Origin: Halobacteroidaceae bacterium | Lineage (GTDB): Bacteria > Bacillota > Halanaerobiia > B1SED10-174 | Direction: 5' to 3' | Assembly: GCA_003551665.1 (NCBI GenBank) | Contig: PUNE01000127.1 | Location: 2,640-66,639 of the forward strand | DNA: 64,000 nt | Shown here: positions 18,516-27,815 of the stretch, piece after piece | Numbering within the stretch: position 1 is the stretch's first letter | How the letters are laid out: the number at the start of each line of letters is the position of its first letter | Notes under the pieces: model-generated | Database searches by the model: none | Seen by the model: the letters and a program-made list of their open reading frames with translations, nothing else | Told to the model about the DNA's origin: nothing | Made by a program: the position numbers and the translations under genes

Positions 18516-19799
18516 CTAACCCTTAATGGATATATTGACTGGGTTGATCAATACGGGAGGCAGAAGCATATTATCCGCCCACTTTTGTTCCGAACCTATT
18601 GCAGAGATTCTTTCTTTGAAAGCCTGGAAAATATTGAGGGAGAACATGGCATCTTTAACCCTGCCCTCAATCCGGCCGTTTTTAATTTTATATCCCAGGG
18701 AAATATTGCCGCTAACCTGGCCCCCGTAAGGATTGCCTGCCCAGGCACCCATGGTTCCCGCAATCAAAAGCCCTTCATCGATACTTTCCAGCATTTCCGA
18801 AAAAGAATTATTTCCGGGTTCCATAACCAGGTTGTTGAAGTCCGGACCATTTTCTCCCCCGGTCCCAGTAGGAGAAAGGTCCAATTTGTGAGCTGTTTCC
18901 AGATCAAGAACGTAATTCTTAAGCCTTCCCTTTTCTATCAGGGGGAAGGAGGAGCAGGCCACTCCTTCCCTATCAAAGGGCTTACTTGCAGGGCCCCGAT
19001 CCAAAATCCCCTGGTTGGAGAGACTGAACTCGGAAGAAAAAACCTGTTCTCCAAGCCTGTTTTCCCAGGGAGAAAGGCCACGGACAACTGCCTGTCCGTT
19101 CAGACAGGCCTCCACCGGGTGGAGAATATCTGCTAAAGTTTCGGGAATAAAAAGGACAGGATAGTTTCCTGAGCGCAGGGGTACATTGGTACGCCCCCAG
19201 TCAATTTCCCGCAGGAGATTTTCGCAATCGTTTTCCCAGTCGATATCCCGCCAGTGAGTTCTTTGGGGAAAAGAGTAGTTGACCAGAAGGTTTTTCCCTT
19301 CAATTAATCTCAGGGCAAAAAGGACCTTTACCTGGCTTTGCCGGAATGAACTGGAAAAACCAGCACTGTTTTCCAGCTCGAAGAAATTTTTTTCTTTCTG
19401 GATGCTGACTTCTGCCTGGATGTCGGGATGATATTGTGTAGCCTTATTGATAAAATCCTGTGCAGTTTGGATCAACTCTTCCAGGGGGAGGTTTACTAAC
19501 TCTTCGTCCCAGATCTCGGGCTTTTTTAACCGGGTCTGCGCGGGGAAGGCAAAGTCAACGCGGGGACCATAATCTAAGGTTTCTCTTGCCATTTTACTTA
19601 AGTATTCTCTATTGTTGGGTTTGGTATTTTCCCCAATTCCAATTCTTCCGTTTTTTATCAACCGCAGGACTTCCCGATTGGTTTCCCCGGAATTAATTTT
19701 CTTCAAACGGTTATTGGCGAATTGAACAGTAGTATGGCTGCTTTGTTTCCTGTAGAGATCACCCTGTTCCCCTGCTTGCAGCATTTTTTTTAATTGCAT
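18516..19799 (-). CDS. pmbA: PmbA/TldE-family metalloprotease subunit
   Basis: TldD/PmbA-fold C-terminal region (GLLIAGTMGAWAGNPYGGQVSGNISLGYKIKNGRI). Lacks HExxxH. 1-nt overlap with tldD. Confidence 0.75.
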   Translation of the reverse strand: MQLKKMLQAGEQGDLYRKQSSHTTVQFANNRLKKINSGETNREVLRLIKNGRIGIGENTKPNNREYLSKMARETLDYGPRVDFAFPAQTRLKKPEIWDEELVNLPLEELIQTAQDFINKATQYHPDIQAEVSIQKEKNFFELENSAGFSSSFRQSQVKVLFALRLIEGKNLLVNYSFPQRTHWRDIDWENDCENLLREIDWGRTNVPLRSGNYPVLFIPETLADILHPVEACLNGQAVVRGLSPWENRLGEQVFSSEFSLSNQGILDRGPASKPFDREGVACSSFPLIEKGRLKNYVLDLETAHKLDLSPTGTGGENGPDFNNLVMEPGNNSFSEMLESIDEGLLIAGTMGAWAGNPYGGQVSGNISLGYKIKNGRIEGRVKDAMFSLNIFQAFKERISAIGSEQKWADNMLLPPVLINPVNISIKG

Positions 19800-21175
19800 T
19801 AACTCTCACCTCCAATTACGACGTTCTGGACCCGAATATGAGGTGATCCCTCACTGGTGGGAAGTGGTGATTGTTCGAATTTTCCGCAACCGCCAGCATT
19901 ATTCAAAATTACAAAATCCTTCCCGATCCGGTCGATATTATCGAGGGTATGAAAGACATTCCCGGTCAGGGTAACGTTTTTTACAGGTTCTGCAAGCCTG
20001 CCGTTGCGGATCATCTGACCTCGGGTGGCAGTGAAGGTAAAAAGCTCTCCATTTGTTTCTCCCCCGATACCCCCGATGGCATACACCCCCAGGTCGATTC
20101 CCGAAAGCATTTCTTCGAAGGTGTCAGGACCGGCTTCAATACAGGTTGACCGCATGCGGCAGATGGGAGGAAAACGATAGTTGATTGCCCGGGCATTTCC
20201 AGTTGGCCGAGCTTCCATTTTGGCAGCTGATTCCCGGGAGTGAAGATGTCCCACAACTTCCCCACCTTTAATCAGGTAGGTTTTTTCCGTTGGAGTTCCT
20301 TCGTCATCGTATTGCATGCAGCCCCGATTTCCCCATTCCCGTCCACTATCATAAATATTTAAAAAAGAGGGGCCGTAGCGGGTCCCCAGTTGCATCAGCT
20401 TGAGGAGGTTTTTATCTTCATAAATTTCATCGGCTTCACTTAAGTGCCCAAAAGCTTCGTGGACAAAGAGTCCTGCCATTTCAGGGTCCAGGATAACTGT
20501 GTACTCTCCGCCCTTTACGGTGGGAGCGGTTAACTGGTCAGCAGCCCTCTGGGCGGCAGCTATAACTGCTTCATCGTGTCCCCGTGCGGTTCCAAAATCA
20601 TTGGTTGACCCAAAAGATACTGCATCGTAGGTTCTATCCTGCCCGTCACTTGCCGTTGCCCCAAGATTGCCCCCGATATCTGTCTTTTCCTGGTAGATGA
20701 AAGAGCCATCTGAATTGGCGAAATACCAATTAGTATGTTTGTCAAAGTAGACAATTCGAGTGCTGGTGATGCGGGGATCGGCTTTCAGAATAAGCTGGTT
20801 ATAGTGTTCAAGGAGTTCTGCTTTTTCTTTTAGAGTAATTTTCCGTGGGTCTTCGAGATATTTTGTAAAAACTTCATCTTCTATTGGTTCGGCCGGAGCG
20901 AGAGTTGTAGATCCATTTTTCACCCTGTTAATTGTGCTGGCCTGTTCTTCGGCCAGACGCAGCTTTTTTTCCAGGTCATCCAGGTGGTTAAATGAAACAA
21001 AACCCCATCCATTTCCGATGAGGCTTCGAATACATCCTCCAAACTGAATTTTACGTTCCATTTTCTCAATTTCCCTGCCCCGGAAAGAAATGAATGTAAC
21101 CTCGGTTTCTTCAATTCGAATATCACAGTAATTAGATTTGCTTAGAGAAAGCAGGTCTTGCATTTTTAACTGCAA
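19799..21175 (-). CDS. tldD: TldD-family zinc metalloprotease
   Basis: HEAFGHLSE zinc motif and GGCGK C-terminal motif. In-frame starts at GTG 21190, TTG 21175 (8 nt after GGAGG, preferred) and ATG 21163. Confidence 0.8.
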   Translation of the reverse strand: MQLKMQDLLSLSKSNYCDIRIEETEVTFISFRGREIEKMERKIQFGGCIRSLIGNGWGFVSFNHLDDLEKKLRLAEEQASTINRVKNGSTTLAPAEPIEDEVFTKYLEDPRKITLKEKAELLEHYNQLILKADPRITSTRIVYFDKHTNWYFANSDGSFIYQEKTDIGGNLGATASDGQDRTYDAVSFGSTNDFGTARGHDEAVIAAAQRAADQLTAPTVKGGEYTVILDPEMAGLFVHEAFGHLSEADEIYEDKNLLKLMQLGTRYGPSFLNIYDSGREWGNRGCMQYDDEGTPTEKTYLIKGGEVVGHLHSRESAAKMEARPTGNARAINYRFPPICRMRSTCIEAGPDTFEEMLSGIDLGVYAIGGIGGETNGELFTFTATRGQMIRNGRLAEPVKNVTLTGNVFHTLDNIDRIGKDFVILNNAGGCGKFEQSPLPTSEGSPHIRVQNVVIGGES

Positions 21176-21229
21176 ACAAACCACCTCCACAGTCCAGATA
21201 AATCGGTATAAAATCTGGATCGATTTTTT

Positions 21230-22087
21230 TCAGGAAACAGAAAACTCCAGGAGTAGAAAATCCGGTTCGGTGGCCTTTCCCCAGGGTAAAAATCCCCGTC
21301 GTTTGAAAAACTGAATCAGGGGAGGATAGGAAGGGATTTTAACCATAACTGAACCGGCCTTTTGTTTTTTGCTCAGGTTCAAGGTCCAGTTTAGAAGGAG
21401 ATTTTGCACCTCCAGACTGCCAGAAATTGAAGAAATGTAGGCAAAATCATTTGGGGAAGAAGGCGGAGTATATAGTATATAACCCCGATGCAGGGAATAT
21501 ATTTGGCCTTTTTCAATATATTTTTCCAGGCTGTTCTGGCTTAGGTGCCGAAACTGCCAGTTGGCTGCCATGTAACCATTCCCGTATTTTATGAAAGGGC
21601 TGCGACTGATATCTTCCATTATCTGAGGGGTAATTTCTGTTATGCGCCGGGGAACAGTTTTGGATTCAGGTGTGGGTGCATTCAGGGGACGACTGAAAAG
21701 GTGATATTTCCCTGCAATACGTGCCCCCCGGTTGCGGGCCATATTAATTGAAGCTTCATTTGAGGAATGAGCGGCATAGCGGACAACGTCCACGCCATCT
21801 TTTTTGGCTTTTTCCAGGAAATATTCCAGTAGACCGCTTCCGATTCCCTCACCTCGCCTTTCTTTTTTTATTCGGGCACCGTGTAACCAGGCTTCTCCGG
21901 GGCCGAGAAGGGTAAACTTGCCGTATCCTACCAGTTCTCCATTAATGAGGACGGCAGTGAACTCACCGTCCTCTTCATTTAGCCATTCATCCCAGACAAG
22001 GTGAATGTAGTCCTCTCCATCCCATGTTTCAGCCGCAATGGCAAGGGCAGCCTCTTTGTCTTCAGGTTTTAGGGGGCGGAATTGCAT
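21230..22087 (-). CDS. GNAT-family N-acetyltransferase with an extra C-terminal domain
   Basis: RIKKERRGEGIGSGLLEYFLEKAKKDG acetyl-CoA-binding motif. About 140 additional C-terminal residues. Confidence 0.7.
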   Translation of the reverse strand: MQFRPLKPEDKEAALAIAAETWDGEDYIHLVWDEWLNEEDGEFTAVLINGELVGYGKFTLLGPGEAWLHGARIKKERRGEGIGSGLLEYFLEKAKKDGVDVVRYAAHSSNEASINMARNRGARIAGKYHLFSRPLNAPTPESKTVPRRITEITPQIMEDISRSPFIKYGNGYMAANWQFRHLSQNSLEKYIEKGQIYSLHRGYILYTPPSSPNDFAYISSISGSLEVQNLLLNWTLNLSKKQKAGSVMVKIPSYPPLIQFFKRRGFLPWGKATEPDFLLLEFSVS

Positions 22088-22119
22088 CAGGGATATCCCT
22101 CCTGTGGTAAAGAAAAATC

Positions 22120-22617
22120 TTAAAAAGGTTCGAAGCCCATGTCAAACCAGAATTCCTGCATCATCTGCTGGTACATTTTATAGAGGTAGTTAAGGTGTTT
22201 TTCTTCCCAGTTGGCCAGTTCGACAAAAAGGTCCCTGGCTTCTTTTTCAGAAACCTGCTGGCTTGCCTTTTTATAAAAATCGTGGAAATCCTTCTCTATA
22301 AGGTAAGCCATGCGAATGATTGGCAGGTCCTTTTTTGTTTTCTGGTCCAGTTCTTCTTCCTGTCGTCTTTCAAAAATGAACTCTTCTTCAGTAATGTTTT
22401 CTGGGTCAAAAGAAATTGCCTGCCTTTCTCCCAGTTCCAAAATTTTATTCTGGATAAAGTTTACGTGTTCCTGTTCAAAATCCGATAGCTTTTCGAAAAG
22501 CTTTCTGGCCTCAAAATCATGTACATTTTTGGCCTGTTCCCTGTAAAAAGAGGCGCCCTTTTTTTCCATTTCCAGAGCATACTCAAGGATTTTTTTGGTT
22601 TTACTCAAAATAATCAC
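22120..22617 (-). CDS. Ferritin-like/rubrerythrin-family diiron protein (no rubredoxin domain)
   Basis: Two helix pairs with E...ExxH-type spacing (ALEMEKKG...FEQEHVNFI; IEKDFHDFY...WEEKHLNYL). Confidence 0.65.
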   Translation of the reverse strand: MIILSKTKKILEYALEMEKKGASFYREQAKNVHDFEARKLFEKLSDFEQEHVNFIQNKILELGERQAISFDPENITEEEFIFERRQEEELDQKTKKDLPIIRMAYLIEKDFHDFYKKASQQVSEKEARDLFVELANWEEKHLNYLYKMYQQMMQEFWFDMGFEPF

Positions 22618-22660
22618 CCCTTTTTTTTGTTAATTCGTCATTCAGCAGCGGATACCTTTC

Positions 22661-22693
22661 CAAAAAGAAAAAGAGTCCCAGGTGGGGACTCTT
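22661..22693 (-). terminator. Rho-independent terminator after mgtE
   Basis: On the minus strand, AGAGTCCC pairs with GGGACTCT and is followed by TTTTTCTTTTT, immediately after the mgtE stop. Confidence 0.75.
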
Positions 22694-24091
22694 TTATACA
22701 ATTCCCAGGAAAAAATTGGCTAAAAGGAAATAAATTAAAATTCCACTCATATCTTTTATGCTGGTAATGATGGGAACCGAACCTGCAGCCTGGTCAAACC
22801 CCATGGCCAAAACAAGGCGGGGAATTAAAAAACCAAGAACACTCGCCAGGACCATGGTAAAAATAAGGGAAAGGGTAACAACGATTCCAATGTTAAAATC
22901 CCCCTGCCAGAACCAGGCAAAAAGGCCCCCTCCGACACCAATTAAGACACCAAGGGCCAAACCAACCAGTGATTCCCTTAGGACGTATTGCCAGAAACTG
23001 TCAAGTTTAATCTGGCCAAGGGCAATGGCCCGGGCAAAAATAGTTGAAGACTGGGTACCAACGTTTCCTCCCATGTCCATAATTACGGGGATAAAAAAGG
23101 CCAGTGCAACTACTGTTTCCAGGGTCTGCTCAAAGGCCCCGATCAATCTTCCCGCAAGCATCCCTCCCACAAGGGTTATCAGGAGAAAGGGAAGCCTTAC
23201 ACGCAGGGACTGCGTCATTGGACCTTCAATCAGGCGGAGGCTGCGGAGCCCTTCCTGTTCAACGGGTGTAACCCCCACCGAAGAATAGGCGGTCATTGTT
23301 TCTTCTCTTTCCAGGACATCGAGGGCGTCATCAATGGTAATAATTCCAACAAGACGGTTTTCTTTATCTACAACAGGGATGGCCAGAAAATCCAGATCTC
23401 CAAGCAGGCGGGCAACCAGTTCCTGCTTGTCGTGAGTGTTAACTGCAATAACTTCGGGGTCCATTAAATCTTCTACTATTTGCTCCGGTTCCGCCACAAC
23501 AAGGTTGCGAAGGGAGACCACTCCTTCCAGGTGGCGCTGGCGGTCGGTAACGTAGCAGTAATAAATTGTTTCAGATGTAAGCCCAGCTTTGCGAATACGG
23601 TCCAGAGCTTCTTTTACTGTCATTTCTTTTTTTAGTGATAAGTAGTTGGGGGTCATCAGCCTTCCAGCACTGCCCCGTGGGTAACCAATGAGAGTCATGG
23701 CTTTATCAAGCTCGTGTTCTTTCAGAGAGCCCAATAATTTTTTGGCTACTTTTGCGGGAACTTCATCCAAAAGCTGGACCTGGTCATCGGGGGGGAGGTG
23801 GGAAAACATTTTTGATCCTTCTTCAGTTCCCAGGCTCGCAATTACCTGAGTCTGGTCTTCTGGTTCAAGCTCCTCAAAAACTTCAATGGCGTTGTTTTTT
23901 GTCAGGAGTCTGAAGGCAGGACCAATCATGGGGAAGGGAAGGTGGTCAATGATGTGGGCGGCTTTTGTTACGTTCTGGTTAAGGAATTCTTTTGCCTCTT
24001 CTAACCGGCCTTCATGCAACATTTCTTCAACCAGCTTAACTTCTTCTTCAAGTTTAAAGCTCAGGGTTATCACCTCCTGGAGAAACAGCAT
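22694..24091 (-). CDS. mgtE: Magnesium transporter MgtE
   Basis: N-domain, tandem CBS region (YCYVTDRQRHLEGVVSLRNL...; AIPVVDKENRLVGIITIDDALDV) and TM domain with PVIMDMGGNVGTQSS. Start uncertain (see findings). Confidence 0.85.
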   Translation of the reverse strand: MLFLQEVITLSFKLEEEVKLVEEMLHEGRLEEAKEFLNQNVTKAAHIIDHLPFPMIGPAFRLLTKNNAIEVFEELEPEDQTQVIASLGTEEGSKMFSHLPPDDQVQLLDEVPAKVAKKLLGSLKEHELDKAMTLIGYPRGSAGRLMTPNYLSLKKEMTVKEALDRIRKAGLTSETIYYCYVTDRQRHLEGVVSLRNLVVAEPEQIVEDLMDPEVIAVNTHDKQELVARLLGDLDFLAIPVVDKENRLVGIITIDDALDVLEREETMTAYSSVGVTPVEQEGLRSLRLIEGPMTQSLRVRLPFLLITLVGGMLAGRLIGAFEQTLETVVALAFFIPVIMDMGGNVGTQSSTIFARAIALGQIKLDSFWQYVLRESLVGLALGVLIGVGGGLFAWFWQGDFNIGIVVTLSLIFTMVLASVLGFLIPRLVLAMGFDQAAGSVPIITSIKDMSGILIYFLLANFFLGIV

Positions 24092-24767
24092 AAATAAATT
24101 ATACTATTAAATGTATAGTAAAAGCAAATAAAACTGCGGGATAACATAGGAAAGAAAACTGGAAACCAGAGGGTTATTATAATTGAGCCTTCCAGGGAAT
24201 AACTGCCCTGATAAGGGTATAAATGAGGTCTGGATTGGTTAACCGGTTCAACTGGGTATCGGGTTATAAGCAAAAAGGGGTGCAGCCCTCAAATGCTCTT
24301 TTGTTTTACCAATATAGCAGATGTTTTGCGGGTTAAAGGGCTCCTTGGGAAGAGGAAGGCGAGTTTAACGGGGAGCTATTACGGTGATAAAAATAATTTG
24401 AGAGTGGAATTGATTGTCGCTCTAGAGAATATTACAGCATTGGATATAGAGGTTCCAGGAAAACTGAACTGGTTTTAGAAAAATTTACATCCAGTATACC
24501 CGGCAGGGTTTCCCCTAACCTGTTGCTTTCTGGGACTGTATTAGAAGTAATTTTGCAAAAAGACCCCAGCCTTTCCTTTGGCCAAGAGCTAGGTTGCTAA
24601 AAAGTAGAAGAGGAGTTTATTCAATTGGTTTTCAACAGGGTTGGTTTCTTAAGGGCAGGTGGTAGCAGGGTAAAGTAATGCTTAAATAAATTTGTTGAAG
24701 GGAATTTATTTTTAGTGTAGAAGTTCAGAAATAGGATTACATAAATATGGTAATAACCCCCCACCAC

Positions 24768-24816
24768 AGAGAGGGCCACCCAATTCCGGGATTGGGTGAC
24801 CTCTCTTTTATTTTTT
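24768..24816 (+). terminator. Strong hairpin with a plus-strand T-tract (possible plus-strand terminator; also directly follows the minus-strand stop codon)
   Basis: AGAGAGG-GC-CACCCAAT / ATTGGGTG-A-CCTCTCT, about 15 bp, followed by TTTTATTTTTT on the plus strand. On the minus strand it is followed by TGTGGTGGGGGG with no U-tract. Confidence 0.45.
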
Positions 24817-25893
24817 CCCGTAACTCAGAAAAATGCCACTGATGAGTGAAGTCAGGGGAATAGAGATTATTAAACCAGTGCTCCCAGCAAGGGCCCTGAC
24901 AATTTCCGAAGCAATCAGGTCCATGTTAACCAGCTGGAGAAGAGAGGGTTGTTCAGCAAGCAAAAGAAGGAGCAGGGGAAGAGCACCACCAACATAAGCA
25001 AGGATAAGGGTATTTATCATTGTCCCCATAATATCACGCCCGATGGCAATTCCTGCTCCATAGAGGTCACCCAGGGTTGAACGGGGCTGGGCCAGGTGAA
25101 CCTGTTCCATTCCAGAAGCAATGGAAATTGTTACGTCCATTATTGCTCCCAGGGCTCCGAGAACAATTGCTCCGTAGAGGAGACCTTCCAGGTTGAGTTC
25201 CCTTCCTCCTATGAACTGGAGGAGCGGAGCTTCGTGGGAAACAAATCCTGTTAACTGGCTCAGATTCCCAAAAAAGAAGGCCAGGATCCCGGCGATTAAA
25301 AGTCCCCCACCAATACCCAGAAGGGCAGAAAGTGTTTTGAAATTCAGACCACTGATGATTAAAAGGGTAATGGTTGCAATAAAAACGGCGAAAAAGGAGA
25401 TAAGGGGGAGGGGGCTAAAACCCTGTAGCAGAAGGGGTAATAAAACCTTTACAATCAGGAGGATGGTTATGGCCAGGGCGGCCAGGGAATGGGATCCCTT
25501 ATTTTTACCTACAATAATAAGGGATGTAATAAAAAGGGCAGCGAGAACGAGAAGAAAGGGATGGCGGCCGAAATCTTCAATATTTGCTTCCCGGAGGTGG
25601 CCATCACTGGTTTTCAGGGAGAGAATAACAAGGTCCCCTTCTTCCAGGTGGATATCAAAGCGGGGATTTCCGCTCAGAGAATTGGTAGTTGAAACGGTTT
25701 CCCCGGAAAAATCACCGCTGGTGATTTTAACAATTACTTCCTGTTCCTCCCAGCCCCCCGGAGCAGTGGTAGTCTGCCCAACGTGGAGAACTCTTCCCCG
25801 GGAAACATCCTCATCAGGACCGATGCCCCCGGTAAAAGAAGGTAAAAGCAAGAGCGAAGCAATTACCAGAAAAAGGGTTACATTTTTGAACAT
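24808..25893 (-). CDS. YibE/F-family integral membrane protein
   Basis: Signal/TM segment, soluble N-terminal beta-rich domain, then about 7 TM helices ending GMEQVHLAQP...GRDIMGTMINTLILAYVG, typical of YibE/F. Confidence 0.65.
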   Translation of the reverse strand: MFKNVTLFLVIASLLLLPSFTGGIGPDEDVSRGRVLHVGQTTTAPGGWEEQEVIVKITSGDFSGETVSTTNSLSGNPRFDIHLEEGDLVILSLKTSDGHLREANIEDFGRHPFLLVLAALFITSLIIVGKNKGSHSLAALAITILLIVKVLLPLLLQGFSPLPLISFFAVFIATITLLIISGLNFKTLSALLGIGGGLLIAGILAFFFGNLSQLTGFVSHEAPLLQFIGGRELNLEGLLYGAIVLGALGAIMDVTISIASGMEQVHLAQPRSTLGDLYGAGIAIGRDIMGTMINTLILAYVGGALPLLLLLLAEQPSLLQLVNMDLIASEIVRALAGSTGLIISIPLTSLISGIFLSYGKK

Positions 25894-25911
25894 TAAAATT
25901 TCTCCTTACTT

Positions 25912-26706
25912 TTAACGGGAATTATTTTTTATAAGGTTATAGCGGGGCAAATCCAGGTGTGAAAAAAGAAATCGTCTTTCCAGAAGTAAAATCAGGAGGC
26001 TGGAAAGGGCTACACTGGCTAAAATTGCCAGCATTATGGTGATCTGATATTTTATTGCAATGAGGGGCGGGGTGCCGCCAAGAATCTGGCCAGTCATCAT
26101 CCCGGGGAGAAAGACAATACCCATTCCTGTCATTGAAGAAAGGGTTGGGAGCAGTGAAGCCTTATAGGATTGTTTGAAAATTTCCAGGGAGGCTTCTCTG
26201 GCGTTTGCTCCCAGTGCTGCCTTGGTTTCGATTTCCAGTTTCCTATCCCGGACTCCGGTAAAAAACCTTTCCACTGCAAGTGTGCTTCCATTCATGGAAT
26301 TACCGATTATCATTCCGGCCAGGGGAATGAAAAACTGTGGATCATACCAGGGAGTTACTTCTACAATGAAAAAAAGGAAAAAAAGCAAGACAAAGCCCGT
26401 TCCTAAAAACAGGGAGCAGAGCAGACTCAGGAAAATCTGGAAGTAAGATACCCCGGACCGCTCCATGATTGTCCAGGCTCCAAAGAAAACCATAAGCAGA
26501 AAAATCCCCGTAATGATAATGGGCGATTCCCATTCAAACACATAAACCAGAACCCAACCCACAAGAAACAGTTGAAGGGTCATACGCAGGGTGGAAACGA
26601 CCAGGTCTCTGGTTATTTCCAATCTGTTAATCTGGGATAGAAAAAAAACAATGAAAAAGAGAATGTAGGCAATAATCATTCCGGATATTGGTATATCAAC
26701 TGTCAT
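25912..26706 (-). CDS. fetB: UPF0014/FetB(YbbM)-like ABC permease
   Basis: 264-aa polytopic protein with VFLPGMMTGQILGG motif. 4-nt overlap with the partner ATPase. Confidence 0.65.
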   Translation of the reverse strand: MTVDIPISGMIIAYILFFIVFFLSQINRLEITRDLVVSTLRMTLQLFLVGWVLVYVFEWESPIIITGIFLLMVFFGAWTIMERSGVSYFQIFLSLLCSLFLGTGFVLLFFLFFIVEVTPWYDPQFFIPLAGMIIGNSMNGSTLAVERFFTGVRDRKLEIETKAALGANAREASLEIFKQSYKASLLPTLSSMTGMGIVFLPGMMTGQILGGTPPLIAIKYQITIMLAILASVALSSLLILLLERRFLFSHLDLPRYNLIKNNSR

Positions 26707-27362
26707 TTTTTTATCCCCCCTTTTTTCAGCTGGTGGTTTTGGAGTCGATAATGAACATCAGCCTGCTGGAGAAGCTTTGGATCGTGGGAAATGAACATTA
26801 CAAGCCGGGGAGTATGAATTTGAAAAATGCAGTCTAAAAGGGAGTCGCTCAGCTCCTGATCAAGGGCTGAGGTTGGTTCGTCCAGAAGGAGAACTTTAGG
26901 TTGAAGTAAAAGACTTCGGGCTATTGCAATTCTCTGTTTTTCTCCCCCGGAAAGTTCAGAGCTATTTTTTCCCAGATAAGAAACCGGAAGAGACATGGCC
27001 TGCAGGGCTTTTTCAAGCATACTCCTGGCAGGAGGGTTTTGCTTAAAACGGGGTAAAGAAAAGGGGAAAAGCAGGTCATCCTTTACCCGGGGTCCGAATA
27101 ATAGGGGTTCTTGAAACAGGAGAACAACTTCCCGCCTTAAAAGGGTGTGCTCAATGCTGGTAATGGGCTTCCCCTCAAAAAAGATTTCTCCAGTTGCTGG
27201 TTCCCAGAGGCGATTGAATATCTTGAGAAATGTTGTCTTTCCTGCCCCGCTTGGCCCCGAAATCCCAATAATGTTATCGGGGGGGATTTCCAAACTGGTC
27301 TTTTCTAGTATAGTCCTATCTTCAATTATTATTGAGACCTCTTGCATCTTAAAGATTGACAT
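26703..27362 (-). CDS. fetA: FetA(YbbL)-like ABC ATP-binding protein
   Basis: Walker A GPSGAGKTT, signature LSGGEKQR, Walker B LLLDEPTSALD, H-loop ISHD. 219 aa. Confidence 0.7.
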   Translation of the reverse strand: MSIFKMQEVSIIIEDRTILEKTSLEIPPDNIIGISGPSGAGKTTFLKIFNRLWEPATGEIFFEGKPITSIEHTLLRREVVLLFQEPLLFGPRVKDDLLFPFSLPRFKQNPPARSMLEKALQAMSLPVSYLGKNSSELSGGEKQRIAIARSLLLQPKVLLLDEPTSALDQELSDSLLDCIFQIHTPRLVMFISHDPKLLQQADVHYRLQNHQLKKGGIKK

Positions 27363-27554
27363 CTGGCCAACCTCCCTTAGTTTAGTTATTTTTGGAAAAG
27401 AGTTTAAAATCCTTCTTGAAAATAAGGGGGAGGGAAAAAAGGAGTTAGGGTGATGTAAACGAATTAATAATAAGAAGATAAGCAGGAATTATCCTTTAAG
27501 AACTATAAGATTATTTAATTCTGAAAAATTTTTTACACAAACCCGAAGGAAAGG

Positions 27555-27812
27555 ATGAAAAAAATGTTTGGAAGAATTGGGGTTCCGGAACTATTGTTAA
27601 TTCTGGTAGTTGTACTCTTAATATTTGGCCCGAAAAGGTTGCCCGAAATAGGGAAATCAATTGGTCGGGGTTTGCGGGAATTCAGGAGCGCTTCAAAAGA
27701 TTTCCAGCGCAGCCTTGATGATGATGATTCTGAAGAAGAAGAACAGGAAAAAAAGGGGAAAAAGGAGAGCGAAGAACCAGAGGAAGAGCCAGAAGAGAAG
27801 CAGGAAGGGTAA
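27555..27812 (+). CDS. tatA: Twin-arginine translocase subunit TatA/E
   Basis: [41 protein letters not shown] is the canonical TatA TM plus amphipathic helix. Poly-acidic tail. Confidence 0.9.
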   Translation: MKKMFGRIGVPELLLILVVVLLIFGPKRLPEIGKSIGRGLREFRSASKDFQRSLDDDDSEEEEQEKKGKKESEEPEEEPEEKQEG

Positions 27813-27815
27813 GGG

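Noticed and set aside
21191-21229. Hairpin TCCAGAT/ATCTGGA between the GNAT gene and tldD as a terminator
   Set aside because: Its T-tract is on the plus strand, where no gene needs it. On the coding (minus) strand it has no U-tract. It is more likely a processing or stability element, or a coincidence, so I could not decide whether the operon begins at tldD or further upstream.
24293-24478. 61-aa plus-strand ORF inside the large intergenic gap
   Set aside because: The nearest purine-rich stretch (AAGGGG) ends about 12 nt upstream of the ATG. The composition resembles no protein family, and other frames are full of stops. It is treated as part of the non-coding candidate rather than a CDS.
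24100-24800. M-box (Mg2+) riboswitch upstream of mgtE, or OLE, 6S, tmRNA, RNase P or SRP RNA in the gap
   Set aside because: I read both strands for the motifs I remember (GTTAGGTGAGGCTCC, GAGGAAAGTCC, the tmRNA tag/ACCA end, the SRP GGAAG-type loop) and found none. The closest string, GGTTAAAGGGCTCC, is on the wrong strand for mgtE. A covariance-model scan is needed before naming anything.
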